A DNA stretch of 64,000 bases from the human T2T-CHM13v2.0 reference genome, Homo sapiens, in assembly GCF_009914755.1 (NCBI RefSeq), contig NC_060939.1; one strand, 5' to 3'. The translations under genes were made by a program, and so were the position numbers. Below are positions 24,179 through 45,017 of the stretch, in pieces. Under the pieces are notes generated by a model, which saw only the letters and a program-made list of their open reading frames with translations, searched no databases and was not told the origin of the DNA. The first letter of the stretch is position 1. Each line of letters opens with the position of its first letter.

Positions 24179-25729
24179 GTAAGTGAAATAAGTCAGTCAT
24201 AAATAATCCATGATTCCACATATATGAGGTACCTAGAATAGCAAACTCACTGGGACAGATAGTAGAATAGTTGGTTGCCAGGGACTGGAGGGAGAGAAAA
24301 ATGGGGAGTCACTGTTTAATGAGTACATACTTTCTGTTTGTGATGATGGATATGGTGACGGTTGCACAACGTTGTGCATGTACTTAATGCCATTTAATGC
24401 ATTCTTTTAACTGATGCCATAATGGGACATAAAGCCCCAACCAATGAACTTTGGCAATACAGAGAGGAAACCACAGGGCAAAAATCTTGCTCTTTACCAC
24501 TTAAAAATGGTTAAAATGGTAGCTTTTCATTTTACTACAATAAAAATAAATTTTTAAAAATCACTGCATTCCAAAAAGCTGGGGTATAAAATCAAATTGT
24601 GTGGCCATGTTTCATAATGGTTAAAGTCTCAAGGGATTTGGTTGGGAAGATGGTATGTGAAGATAATGATGAGATTACAACATTCTTCTTAAATGTATAC
24701 AGCATAGAGGCTTGCAGTTTTCAGAGCACTTTTACATATATTACTGCATCTTACCCTCAGAGTAACAGTACAAAGGAGACACGATGAATATTTTAATCAA
24801 AGGGTATGACTCAAGGTCGTAAGACTAAAATTAGGAGTAGAACTCTAGTATTTGGTTGCCGCATATTGCTCTTTCTACTGTATCAAGAATGCCTCTCAAG
24901 CATATGATGGAAAAAGTCAAGCTAACACATGCGGAGTGTTGTAGTAGTCTTAAAGTAACATCATTAGTCTCCAGCAAGTCTTTGAAAACTGAACAAATGC
25001 AAGTAAGATATAGAAATAAAAATTATAACCTAATTTGGCTTTCACTGAAAATTGTGCTTTACAATATTACCACAAAAAACTCTCTTTGATTTTTAATGCT
25101 TGAGCCACTTTCAAGACTATGGCTAAACTCTGTCCACTACTATGTTTCTTTCAGCAAGTTTAGTTTTTATTATTTTATAATATACTACACCGTCATCAAA
25201 AATAAACTGTAGATTTCCTTGAGGAGGTAAGATGTCCTGTATAAAGAACATTATTTCCACTGGGAATGTTTTCCTACCCTCAGATTTAACCACTGTATTG
25301 ATTTTATGAATCAGTAAGTATTATGTTTCTCATCTTGATTATAGCGGTTCTATTATGATTCTTTTTTTGGCATTGGCTAAGTAGTAAAATTGTAAAGAAT
25401 GGAGTGAAGTTATAGGAGGACAAAATCAGTTTAACAAATGATAGCAAATTTTTAAAATGCACCAAACAGATACTGAGTCCCTAGTCTTAGTGCTCTGAAT
25501 ATGCAGTTTTACCACGTCGTAGTAATAGCTGGTTTTTCTTTCTCAAGCTTTAGAAAAGCATTTTACATCCAAACCAGACAAATAATAGACATACCAGAAC
25601 CACCTTTGGTGCAGAGCAACAAAATAAATTATGTTAGGATGTCATTCCATAAGTTTTCAGGAAGGTTATGTACCTCCTACATCTTAATATACAGAAATAC
25701 TTTCTATAGGTTAGAATAGTTAGAATATA

Positions 25730-26043
25730 GAGTAGTCCCCTCTTACCCACATTGTTTCAGTTATCCACAGTCAACTGTGGTCTGAAAATAGGTGAGTACA
25801 GGACAGTAACATATTTTGAGAGAGACCACATTCACATAACTTACAGTAGTTATCATAATTGTTCTCTTTTGTTATTTGTTATTGTTGTTAATCCCTTACT
25901 GTACCTAATTTGTAAACTGACCTTTATCATAGGTATTTATGTAAAGGAAAATTTAATATATTTAGGGTTTAGTACCATCCACAGTTTCAGGCATTCATTG
26001 GGGAATCTAGAACCTATCCTCTGCAAACAAGGATGGACTACTG
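25730..26043 (+). mobile_element. MER44A (Tigger7 derivative)
   Basis: Termini agtagtcccc...ggactactg with TA flank; internal ggtgagtacag...gagagaccacattcacataac. Confidence 0.8.
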
Positions 26044-26711
26044 TAGACTAAAAAGAAGTTGCCTTTTCCCAAGGGGTTGCTATTTTAGCTAAAGACAGTA
26101 TGGTTCTAATACTCAGAAGAAAACAAAATACAGGGTGCATCCTTTTAACTGAAGTCATAATGGGACATAAAGCCCCAACTAATGAAGTACGTTGCCAATA
26201 CAGAGAGGAAATTTGAGGGCAAAATCCTTGCTTCGAGGTACTATCAGAGTAATCCAGGAGTCCCAGAGACAAGCAGTGTGTTCATGAATAGAGTTCTATC
26301 ATATCTAAAATGAAGCAGGCCTATGACAGGCCTGGGTTAGTGGTTACTAGGAGTAACTGTACTTAACTAAGGCATTTCTGATGTTTCCAGATACTCATTT
26401 CCTCTTAACTTTCACCTTCCTAATTAAGATGCTTGAGAGAGTCTCCATTCAAATTATTTTTTAAGATAAGTTGCCAATATTAACAACAAATATTATTTTG
26501 AGCCAATTATCTTCCACTAGTATACTTTTTAAAATAGAAAAGTCATTTTTTCAAGTTATCATAGGGAAGGGAAAGGAAAAGGAGAGGAGGAGGGGAAGAG
26601 GAGAGGAACTGGAAGGGAAAGGAACAGGTCTGCAGAGGAGGAAGGGGGAAAGGGTAGAGAGTCAGCCAATGTACACCCCACCAGGCATCTTCCACAGAAA
26701 TTCTAGGGCTC

Positions 26712-28640
<1,929 letters not shown>

Positions 28641-29433
28641 AATACCAACCTGGCAATTGATACTGGCATATAACACAACTATCTGTCCCACACCATGATA
28701 ACTAAGATTCTTGATTTGCTAGACCTTGTGTTTATATTTGACTTGTTGGTTCAATATAGACTATTTTGGAAACTTACTAGTGCAAAGTGATTATAATTTC
28801 AGATTTCAGAGATGCACACAAATTAACAACTTTATTCCTGCATACAAGTATCAAAAATGTATGTCAACCTGCAGAGGTACAGAATGACTTTAAGAAATTA
28901 AACAGGTTATAATACAATTAACTGAAGAATAAGTATTCAGAAGCTATATCTAAAAGGAACTGTATATATGATGACCAAAGAATTTTTAATCAGTTTAAAG
29001 CTATTACACTATAATACAAGGTTTCCCTGATGCTTAATAAAACACACCAAACAAGCATATTCAAACCAATAAACTAAACATATTCAACACAGTTACTATA
29101 AAAGATTTTCAGGTATAATGAAATAGGATAAACATTAAAAGAACCTTTAGTCACATAAAATCCTTGCTGCACCTTTAAGAAAACGCCACAACAACCTTAT
29201 AAGGAGCTTAACCACTTGAACAACAGAAAAATCCAAGGTTGACTATGAATCTAGATAAAATCTGAGCTAGGGTACTTATCTCACAAAAGATCCAACTGAA
29301 CATGAAACATTTTAGCATGAAATATAACATAATTAAGAAAAACAATATATAGGCTTTTCTACTAGGCATATACGTAATTTCTGACATTCACTGTCTAGGT
29401 CACCAACTCTAGAAACTCTGGCATTAAAAACTA

Positions 29434-30245
<812 letters not shown>

Positions 30246-32256
30246 TGTGGAAAATAAAATTGATATTTCATATTAAAATTATATCTAAGACACTAAACTC
30301 AAAGCAATGATCAGCTCCTAATAACCTTTAGTCATATAAAATTCACATACCCTTTTGTCAGCAATATTAGTTACTTTTAGTCATACAAAAATAACATGAA
30401 CACAGATCAGCTTTTCCTTTTCCTTATGCTTCAGTAAGTAATTCAAGTAGCCATTATCCCTTCAGATTTCTTTACAAACAGCTTTCTTGGGATTTTAATT
30501 TCCGTATAAAGCGGAATCAGGCAAGAATAAAGAATACCATATCCTAGAAAATCCAATACTGAGATAAAAAGCAATGTAAAATGTACTTTAACTAACGTAT
30601 GTTGCACTATACCTGACACGAAGTAGGTACTAAATAAATATTATTTTCCTTTGGGAATTTTTGCTCAAATTTTGTTGGAAGAGATTTAACTACCATCAGT
30701 ATTTTTTAAATTTTTGTTTTTAAACATCTATAACAATAGTATTTTTACACCATTCAAATTTATTCCCTAGCTCTTCTCTATGATCAGGCATTCATTTGTG
30801 TTCCCTAGATTCTTACCTCTGCTTCTCAAAGTCTGCTGGTTTGTCTACAGATTTAAAAGTGCCCTAGATTTCTGCTACCTGACTCATGATATAACAGAGA
30901 TTAAGTCACAGACATCTCCAGACTAACCCAACTCCAGGCAAGAACCAGTGAAGGGAATATTTATGCCTTTTACAGGTTACCTGGGCCATATTCTTGAAAC
31001 CTTCATATTTCAGGAGTAGGGAGAACTCAAATCCCAAACCACAAAGAAAACTTCCAACCAAATGTCTAATCATTTGTTTTAAACAGTTTGGAAATTTACT
31101 CTTAAGGCTACAGGAAGAATTACCTTGTCAATTCAGAAAAAAATAAAGTTGTATATTCTCCAAACAATTATATTGCACTTAAGGAAAGTTTTTGGTTTCT
31201 TCTATATTATATACAAATCACATATTACATAAAAATCATTTCTGATGTATGGACTGAGGTACCCAAATAAATACACAGGCAGAAAAATATGGTTTATTAC
31301 TGACTAGTGTTTTAATGTTTTAAACTTAGTATACTAATATATTTTGTAGAATTTTAAAGCATAAAGGAGCTTAAATATTATCTTGTCTAAACTTCAAGGT
31401 TTTACTAATGAGGAAACTGAGGCTCAGAAGAAATCTCTAGATTTCATGTCAAGTCAGAAGGAAAGTCAATTAGTCTGAATTAACCACACTACTCCTTTCT
31501 CCATCCAGTTTATGACTACTCCAATACATATATAAAATCACAAAATTCTTTACTAAGTGGCTTCCTACTCAAATGCAAAGTTGGTGGCTGTAAGCTACCA
31601 ACTCTATCAAAGACAGTCAAGTTAGCAAAGTGGCGAGAAGACCAGAAAATAAAGACAAGATGCCTACCCCAAAGTACATAATTTGGAAAACAAGATATGA
31701 AGAATGAAAAGGTTTAAACGTACATATACATACAACCACAAAAATAATTCAATATAATAGTGTATATATACTTCCTACCAAAAAGATAAACTATATCATA
31801 ACAGACAATCGTTTTAAGTAAGAGTCTCAGATACTTCATTTTACTTATTTTTTTAATTATCACTTTGAAACGGTGTTTCAGAAAATTCCTACAAGCTCTA
31901 TTAGGAAGAAGAAAGAGTGGAGTGATCCCTTATGCTTCTCTTCAATGACAGGTGCAAACAAAAGGCATAAGTTAAAATATATATATACATACAACGTAAG
32001 AATCATACTAAAAGCTATAAAAGCGATCAATCTTGCAATGAAGTTTTTCTCATGCTATATTAATAACCTTTGTTAAATCTAAGACAGATATTTATTCTTA
32101 TTTTCACCTATATCAATATAGGTGATACAGAGATATTCCAACATGTTATATAGAATCAAAACATAAACAATATTAACCTGCATTTTACAAAAACCACGTA
32201 AGAAAAATTTCTGGAAATTATAGTATGCTAAAGTACATGATGGTTAAGATAGGAAT

Positions 32257-32820
32257 GGCCAGGCACGGTGGCTCACACCTGTAATCCCAGCTTTGGGAGG
32301 CCAAGGGAACCTGGGCAACATGGCAAAACCCCATTTCTACCAAAAAAAAATATGAAAATTAGCTAGGCATGGTGGTGTGTGCCTGTAGTCCCAGCTACTC
32401 AGGAGGCTGAGGTGAGAGGATGGCTTGAGTCCAGGAGGCAAGAGTTTCAGTGAAATAAGATCTCACCACTCTACCCTAGCCTGGGCAACAGAGCCCGGCC
32501 CTGTTTCAAAAAAAAAAAAAAAGGCCAGACGTGGTGGCTCACACCTGTAATCCCAGCACTTTGGGAGGCCAAGGTGGGCGGATCATGAGGTCAGGAGATC
32601 AAGACCATCCTGGCTCACATGGTGAAGCCCCGTCTCTACTAAAAAATACCAAAAAAAAAAAATTAGCCGGGAGCGGTGGTGGGCGCCTCTAGTCCCAGCT
32701 ACTCAGGAGGCTGAGGCAGGACAATGGCATGAACCCAGGAGAGGGAGCTTGCAGTAAGCCAAGTTCCCCCCACTGCACTCCAGCCTGGGTGACACAGCGA
32801 GACTCCGCCTCAAAAAAAAG
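32257..32820 (+). mobile_element. Tandem AluJ + AluY-like
   Basis: Second Alu inserted in the tail of the first. Confidence 0.85.
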
Positions 32821-33089
32821 AACAAGACAGGAACGGCAGGACAACATGGTATCTAAGAACAAGAGAAGGGAAATTACAAGACAGTCCCTGATACATCACG
32901 CACTTTCACATGAACACGAGGACTGAGAGAAAACAAATTTCGAACAAAAATCCTGCATCCCACAATATGACAAATCTGCTTACTACTTAGTCATTAAGAA
33001 CAATTACCGATGAGGATGACATAGAGTATAAAATATTTAAGAAGAAAATCTGTTTCCTAGTATCTATGTACTTAAATGTTTTGTTGGTG

Positions 33090-34089
<1,000 letters not shown>

Positions 34090-34268
34090 ATAGAATTCTT
34101 AAGAATGGACTTTTGGTTTGGAAAAATATAAACGTTTCTTCATTTAACAGTAACATCTGTAAACATGGCATATAATATACTCTGTTAATCAGAAAACTTG
34201 GAAGCCATGCTGAAAGTGTGTTCATGTGCTTAGACATAAAAACCACAAAAAATTACTTTAATACTTAT

Positions 34269-34269
<1 letters not shown>

Positions 34270-34315
<46 letters not shown>
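34270..34315. repeat. (AC)n microsatellite
   Basis: Direct observation. Confidence 0.95.
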
Positions 34316-34318
<3 letters not shown>

Positions 34319-35127
34319 GCTGTGCTACTACCCAGAAATGTAAGTCACAACTGTATAAGCAAAACCCCTTCCAAGTATATTCTTCTTGGTATGTCTAAGT
34401 TAACTGCACAGTATTTAATATATTCTATTATGTGTTAAAGTATACTGATCAGATTCTAGGGGACTAAAGCCTATTATGTGAATAAAAAAAATAAACTCTA
34501 CTTGATATTTTTTAAAGGGTGAAATACAGAAAACAATTCTAGCCACAATGTATAAGACAGTACAATTTTATAGGCTGGGCTACAAGATAGTACACATCTT
34601 ATAGGCTGGGCTACAAGTAACTCTAACTCAAAGTCATTTCAAAGTTATATTTATTATGTGTTGAGCCAATCTACCTAAAAATAAAAATAAAACATATTCG
34701 TATTAAATACAAAAAATAAAAATTTATAAAAATAAAATACAAAATGTTATTAACAAATAATAAATAATTTATATACAGATAGAAATCCTGTTAGGAGGAG
34801 TTACAGTGTACCAAGACTAATATTTGTTAGACGATAGAAGAGGAAGAAAGACCTAGCAGGAAATCTGTAATTATACTACTCCAGTCATTTTGTAGGCCTA
34901 TTTTCAAGGAAAGGGAGGAACAAGATCATCAGCCCTTTACATTTTTAAGTAAAGTATTTTAAAAGGTAATTAAAATGACCACGGTTTAGGGCAGAAATTC
35001 TGAGACAGAGTGAATATATAAAAATTGGGAAAATAAACTAAAATATCTGAAATTGGATGAATTACAGAAAATACAGTAAGTTTGTATAGTTAATTAAGCA
35101 GATTTGTGTTAAAAGCACCCTAAAATG

Positions 35128-35417
35128 GGCCAGGTATGGTGGCTCATGCCTGTAATCCCAGCACTTTGGGAGACCGAGGTGAGCGGATCACTTGAAATCA
35201 GGAGTTCGAGACCAGCCTGGCCAACATGGTGAAACCCCGTCTCTACTAAAAATACAAAAATTAGCCGGGCATGGTGGCGCACACCTGTAGTCCCAGCTAC
35301 TTGGGAGACTGAGGCAGGAGAATCACTTGAACCCAGAGGTTGCAATAAGCCAAGAGAGGATCATTACACTCCAGCCCAGGCAACAGAGCAAGACTCTGTC
35401 TCAAAAAAAAAAAAAAA
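35128..35417 (+). mobile_element. AluS
   Basis: Dimeric Alu; TSD ~accctaaaatg. Confidence 0.9.
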
Positions 35418-36924
35418 GTACCCTAAAATGACCTGTATAAATGAGACCACATTACATGAGATTTCCTGGTTTCAGGTCCTTTTTTAGTGCCTCAGCAAGA
35501 AGTTCTCCCTCCTTTGAATATCTATAGCATTTTATCTGTAATGTAACACATCACATGTGCCTTATACAATAACAGGCACATCTAACTGCTCCTATGAGAT
35601 CTATGTTTGATTTATGTTTCTATCACCCACAGTCTATACTAAGTAACTTTTCACTAGCAGTCAGTAAACATTTTTTGGACAACTACATGGCAGCCCACTC
35701 ACTCATGCAAACTCTCTCGCTTTCCCTGCTCTCTCTCACTCACTGACACACACACAAAGGAGCTAGGGATTTAGTTTTGCCATTTATTCAATATGAATTA
35801 CATGACACAGCTAACAAAAATCTAATTATATAATAGGAATAGATATTTAAGCCAAAAGCAGCTAAAATCTTTTCCTTTTGGCAGTCAAACCATATTTGGT
35901 ATAGATTAATATAATTAATAATACTAAGTATATTTTGAGATGCTCATTAAAAACAGTAAGACTAATGATTGCTTGTAATTTCATAGTACATAAATACACT
36001 AAAATGTTTATCTAGAAGAAAAGACCCTGAAATAAATCTTTTTCCCTCCTTCAGATAAAGAAGATTTTATAACTTAAAAGTAATTTTTTCAACAATAATC
36101 ATTACTTTTGTAATACGGAAAATACATTAATTTAAGTGACACATTTATTTTCATGTACAAAATACTTTAAGTTTCACAGCATTCCTAATTATCTGATTTT
36201 TCATCCATTAAAATGTTTAAGCACGTGTACCATATGTGCAATATAATGGATAATACCAAATAGTAGCCAGGATGCCTGCTGTGAGGAACAGAAAACACGG
36301 TTATGGAAAAATTAATAAGAAGTACCCACAAAAAGGAAGAGGGCACAAATGATGCCAATGATTCAGATAAGTAACTTTAAAGTTTAGACGGAATTAAAAA
36401 GTAAAGTGTCTAAGAGGCAGAAGTTGAATTGTACATTAAAAGATGATCAGGATTTAGGACAAATGACACAGAACAAAGTTTACATGGTATATTCACAGAC
36501 TAGAAGATCATTCTGGGTGAAATACACACTTGATGCTGGCAAGTAAAACAAAGTAAGTTTAGAATAATAGACTAGGATTAATTTACAGAGAAACTTAAAA
36601 GTCAAATTAAGAAAATCTGGCTAACAATCATAAATTGAAGACTTTAGATCAATAAGCTGACATGAAAAAAGAAGTATTTAGAGAAAAGTCATCTCATAGC
36701 AGTAGAATAGCTTTATTGATAAACAGAGCAGAAGCGGGGAAACTTATTAGGAAGTGAACACTACAGTAATCAATCAGGGTTACATCAGTACAAAAAGTAC
36801 AAAAGGAATAGATTTAATAATTACACATAAGACAGAGAGGGCTTCACAAAGATCCCCAAGATTCTGTAAGTGTCCCTAACAGATAGAGAAAAAATAAGGG
36901 GTGTTCAGCCAGGTCTCGGTAAAA

Positions 36925-37070
36925 TCAGTGCTGTGTAAGTTATTTAACTTCTCTGAGCCTTAGTTTCCTCGGATATAAAAAGCTATTTACCTCTGTCTGG
37001 ATGTTGAGAAGATTAAACAAGAAAATGCATATAAAGCATCTAGAACACAACAGGTACTCAATAAGTGATT
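36925..37070. mobile_element. MIR
   Basis: Core aagttatttaacttctctgagccttagtttcctc. Confidence 0.7.
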
Positions 37071-37566
37071 TTTTTTAACCTCTCTCCCTTGACTCCCCTT
37101 TATCACTTAACAATTCTGTTTGAGAACTGAACAAAACAGCAGGTAATCTGTCTACCAGCTGTCATTAATTAGAACTGGTAAAACTGAGTAAATGATGTAT
37201 TCAATGGCATATAAGTAGTTACCTTCACTGCTGGCACCAGTAGATAGATATATTGACCATAAAACATATAAAAAGTAGTCAGAAACTATGTACACAGAAT
37301 CTTCTTTAAAGACATATCTTTTACTAATGTAAGATCTGATTCATAAATTCAAAAACATTTAAATTTGACTGTTTCCTCAACAATATAAAAGGGCAATCCA
37401 TTTTAAAATAAGTCATTTTTTAATGCATATACCAAATTCCAGTGGAAATGGAATTTCCAAATGAAGACCTTGCATTAGAGAAGGAAAATTAAGGATATAA
37501 ATCTCCTCTTTAACTTAGATTGAATATAGAGGAACTTCAGACACAGTCAGCAATAAATTTACTTAC

Positions 37567-37717
37567 CTTCCATGGGCATGGAAATCTAGACGTAAAAATT
37601 GGTCTTCATGTGAGACTGCTCTTTTGGCACGCTGGTGTTTTTGGTGTAATGAATCCACATTGTAAGATAATCCTTCATAATGTCTGATATATTTATTTAA
37701 AGGATTCCCATACTGAC
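37567..37717 (-). CDS. ADAM10: ADAM10 coding exon 2 (151 bp; prodomain N-terminus, includes the RAKR convertase site)
   Basis: Translates to (G)[49 protein letters not shown](R), matching human ADAM10. Acceptor tttttttttatag|GTCAG and donor GGAAG|gtaagt on the minus strand; phase 1 in, phase 2 out. Confidence 0.97.
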
Positions 37718-37869
37718 CTATAAAAAAAAAACAACATTCTGAATTAGTATCATCTTGAAGACCCCTTCTAGTTCTAACACGATTATTCAAGTATCTATGA
37801 ATATGTATGAAACAACTTCTCCCTAATCCCAGCACTATTATGAATTCTGCATTAATATTAACACATATA

Positions 37870-39400
<1,531 letters not shown>

Positions 39401-40362
39401 CATCTTCAAGAGAAGAAAAAAAAAAGTGATTCTTTGACAAATCAAGTAAAATTTTTAACTAAATTGTCCTCTTTTATAAAACAAGTAAGTTGTCTAAAAA
39501 TGGTTCATCTATTATCCAACACTAAATTCTGTGATCCAACACTAAATTTTCTGTTTATGCACTATGTGGTTAAGGGCATAAACTCTGATGTCAGATTATC
39601 TGGGTTCAAGTTCTAAGATTTGTTAGACAACAATGTGAATATACTTAACACTACTGAAGTGTATACTTAGAAGTGGTTAAGACAGTACATTTTACCTTAA
39701 GCATTTTTTACTAGAATAAAAAAAAATGATCTGGGTTTGAATACCACTACCTTCAATCATTAGTTGTTTCCCAGATCGAATAGAAAACTACTCAGGTTCA
39801 GTCTCCTGTCCATAAAATGAAGAAACTAGAGTAGCTCTCTCTTAAGACTCACAGATTAAATGATTTAAACCATGTGTGACAATTAATATTAGAGAGCCTA
39901 CCAAAGAGGCAAGGTTCAATAAATTAGCCATCATCATCATCTCTTCCCCCTTCCTCCTTTTCTTCCTTCTCCCACACTTTGCCTTTCAGACCAATATACA
40001 CACACTGAAGCCAAGAATTCAGGAAGAAAAAACAAAACTGGGTTGAATTCTGACACTTCCTAGCCATAACCACATGAGCTAAGTAATTATTTAACTTTTT
40101 TAAATCTCAGGAGGTGGTTTTTTAATCTGTAAAATGGAGACAACAATGCCTACCTTAAATGCATGCAAAATGCTTACGAGCACAAAGAGCGGCATAAAAG
40201 GACAATTCAACTTAAACTACTATTGAGTTACTTCCTTCTCCTCTTGAACACACTCCTCCCAAGAGAGGTGAGAAGAATGAGTCCAAAACTATCTTCACAA
40301 GTAGCAAAGAAATTTCAGTGAAGCCAATGTCTAAGAGATAATAAAACCCACTAGCATGAAAC

Positions 40363-40678
40363 TTTTATTTTATTTTATTTTATTTTTTTTTTTTTTGAGA
40401 CAGAGTCTCGCTCTGTCACCCAGACTGCAGTTCAATGGCACAATCTCGGCTCACCGCAAGCTCCACTTCCTGAGTTCACGCCATTCTCCCGCCTCAGCCT
40501 CCCGAGTAACTGGAGACTACAGGCACCTGCCACCACGCCCGGCTAATTTTTTGTATTTTTAGTAGAGACGGGGTTTCACCATGTTAGTCAGGATAGTCTC
40601 GATCTCCTGACCTCGTGATCCGCCCACCTCAGCCTCCCAAAGTGCTGGGATTACAGGCATGAGCCACCACGCCCGGCC
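40363..40678 (-). mobile_element. AluY
   Basis: Diagnostic gttcacgccattctcc and gatctcctgacctcgtga; TSD tagcatg(a/g)aactttt. Confidence 0.9.
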
Positions 40679-41580
40679 TAGCATGGAACTTTTAAAAATC
40701 AAGACTAAATAATGGAATCAAATATACCAATGCATCTTCTGTATCCTTTAAACATACTTATAAATGTAGTATAATTGAGTTTAGCAAAAAAGAAGAAATC
40801 AATAATGGGGAAGAATGAGAACTTTTGAATAATTTCTTTCATTTTGAAAATTTCCACTGGATTACTGAATTGGATTTAAGTGGTCTGAGTTGCCATAGCA
40901 CAAGCTTGGCTTTGCAGAACTGTGGATTCCACTCCTTTTTCGGCACCAAAGGCGTCAAGCTGGTTTTTATTTCTGTCTCTGCTGCTTAAATCAGGAAAAA
41001 GTCAAGTTTTTAAGTCGCAGTTCAGATAAAGTATTCTGTCACTTTTGATAACTTAAAACAATAACTATTGCTGTTCTGAAGCACTCATGACAAAAGCTCA
41101 ACGATTTACACAGCTGAAATTCTACTGGGAGAGTTATTAAACAAAGTCATCTTTTCTCTGTCCCACACACAAATTTTATAAAAGCAACATACTATTCACT
41201 TTCACTGGCAAAAGACCTGAGTAATGATTTTCTGAATCTTTGTAATTGAGATAGAACATGATTCATAGGGTTTAATTGGGAAAGCTAAAAACACTTCCCC
41301 GGGACACACAGTTACCAAGTCCATCTCATTATCATCTTCTATATAAGACCTATGAATGTTTATCTTAATTATGCCTAAATATCAGTATTTGTGTAATCTC
41401 AGTACTGTGGGAAAAAAACTTATATTAAGATAATGTATGAAATTGAATTACATAATTTCTATTCCCTAATACTTAATGAAGAGGGAAATAAGGGGGCCAT
41501 GGGTAGAGGATAAAGCAGCCTACCTGCCCCTCTGCCCCCACCCCACACACACATAGAACAAACTTCAAGAACTGAAATCA

Positions 41581-42530
<950 letters not shown>

Positions 42531-42584
42531 AACTGAAATCAAATAAAAAAAGATAAGCAATTTGGCTGATACATGCTCATGAGT

Positions 42585-43068
42585 GTCAGTTCCCTTCCCA
42601 ACTTCATGCTCTGTAACATTATGTTTGTAGCTTGAAATCAGCCATGAAGGGAGTATTTACACCACCATGGAAACTGACATTGAAAAGGCTACAAATTTGA
42701 GAACTTTTTTTTTTTTTTTTTTTTTTTGAGACAAGGTCTGACTTTGTTGCCCAGGCTGGAGTGCAGTAGCACTATCAAGGCTCACTGTAGCCTTGACCTC
42801 CAGGGCTCAGGTGATTCTCCTACATCAGCCTTCCCAGTAGCTCAGGCTACAGGCACGCACCACTATGCCTGGCTAACTTTTGTATTTCTTGTAGAGACAG
42901 GGTCTCACTGTGTTGACCAGGCTGGTCTCAAACTCCTGGGCTCAAGCGATCCTCCTGCCTCAGCCTCCCAAAGTGCTGGGATTACAGGTGTGAGCCACCA
43001 TACCCAGCCAAATCAGAGGATTTTTTTTTTCTTTTTTCAAGACAGTGTGCTAAATACAACACTGGTCA
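42585..43068 (-). mobile_element. MER63-like hAT element interrupted by an Alu (42704-43009)
   Basis: gtagcttgaaatcagccatg..ggagtatttacacca..ggaaa resembles the reverse complement of MER63. Confidence 0.55.
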
Positions 43069-43380
43069 TAACCTAATAATATAATCTTTCAAACAGGCAG
43101 CCAAGGAATGAAATAATATTTTAATGAAAATGTAGGAAAGCATGGCACACTGGACTTCTGATGTTGCCCCTAGCCCTCAGATGCCACACAATTCACTTAT
43201 TTAAAAATCTCAAGAGAATGGGAGTCCTGGAATTCTCAAAAAAATTATATATGATCACAGCCCCGTGACTGCAGAAACGTGAATAAAACACAAAATAATC
43301 AGCCCCTCAAACTAAGATTGGAAGGCGGAAAAAAAATACACTGGTCTCAGAGGCAGAAAGAAAAGAAAAAAGAAATCACA

Positions 43381-44243
<863 letters not shown>

Positions 44244-44864
44244 TCATTTTAAATATTTAAGGGTAAAATGACACGATGTCCATAACTCACACTAGACAGA
44301 TTCTAGGGTGGGAGGCAGGGTAAAAAAGAAAAAAATATGCAAATTATTAAATCACTAGCTACTTCAGGAGTAATAGAGACTGAATTTAGCCTACCACCAT
44401 AAACAATTAGAAAACTAGATAAAAGATGTGACAAGAGAAACAAATGAAGTGAGATCTACTACAACTGGCCCAGCTTACTGCCTGTAAGCAGTCTCCAGGC
44501 CAAATGACAGGGAGAAGAAACCAAGAGCCTGAAGTTTCCACTTAATTGAGACAACCTCTGAGTTCAGGGAGATCAGGTATTTAGAATCTATGTGCCAGAG
44601 TGTCAGAAAGGAGGAAGCTGAACAGAGAGAGAGCTCCAGCCACCTCAAGTGGGGGTTCCCTAAGGGTTTGGCTGACTACTGATCTAAGCATGTGAGAAAA
44701 TAAACTCCCGCCTCAGAAAAAATGAACCACCAGTAGAAGGAAGCAAAACAATCCTCAAAGCTCACACAGGGCTGGAAAATGTTCATATTTCTACCATCTA
44801 GAGAAGAAAGACCTTGTAATGTATGGAGCATTGCTACAGTCCTCAGAAAAATAACACCTTACTA

Positions 44865-45017
<153 letters not shown>

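Larger units (their letters stand above)
23240..24560 (+). mobile_element. L1MB-type 3' end, interrupted by an MST LTR and a templated insertion
   Basis: taccatatgatccaacaattccactt...gtacttaatgcc...cacttaaaaatggttaaaatggt, followed by an A-tail. Confidence 0.75.

Noticed and set aside
26565-26660. Purine-rich tract encoding a charged low-complexity peptide
   Set aside because: Simple GA-rich low-complexity DNA with no splice or coding support.
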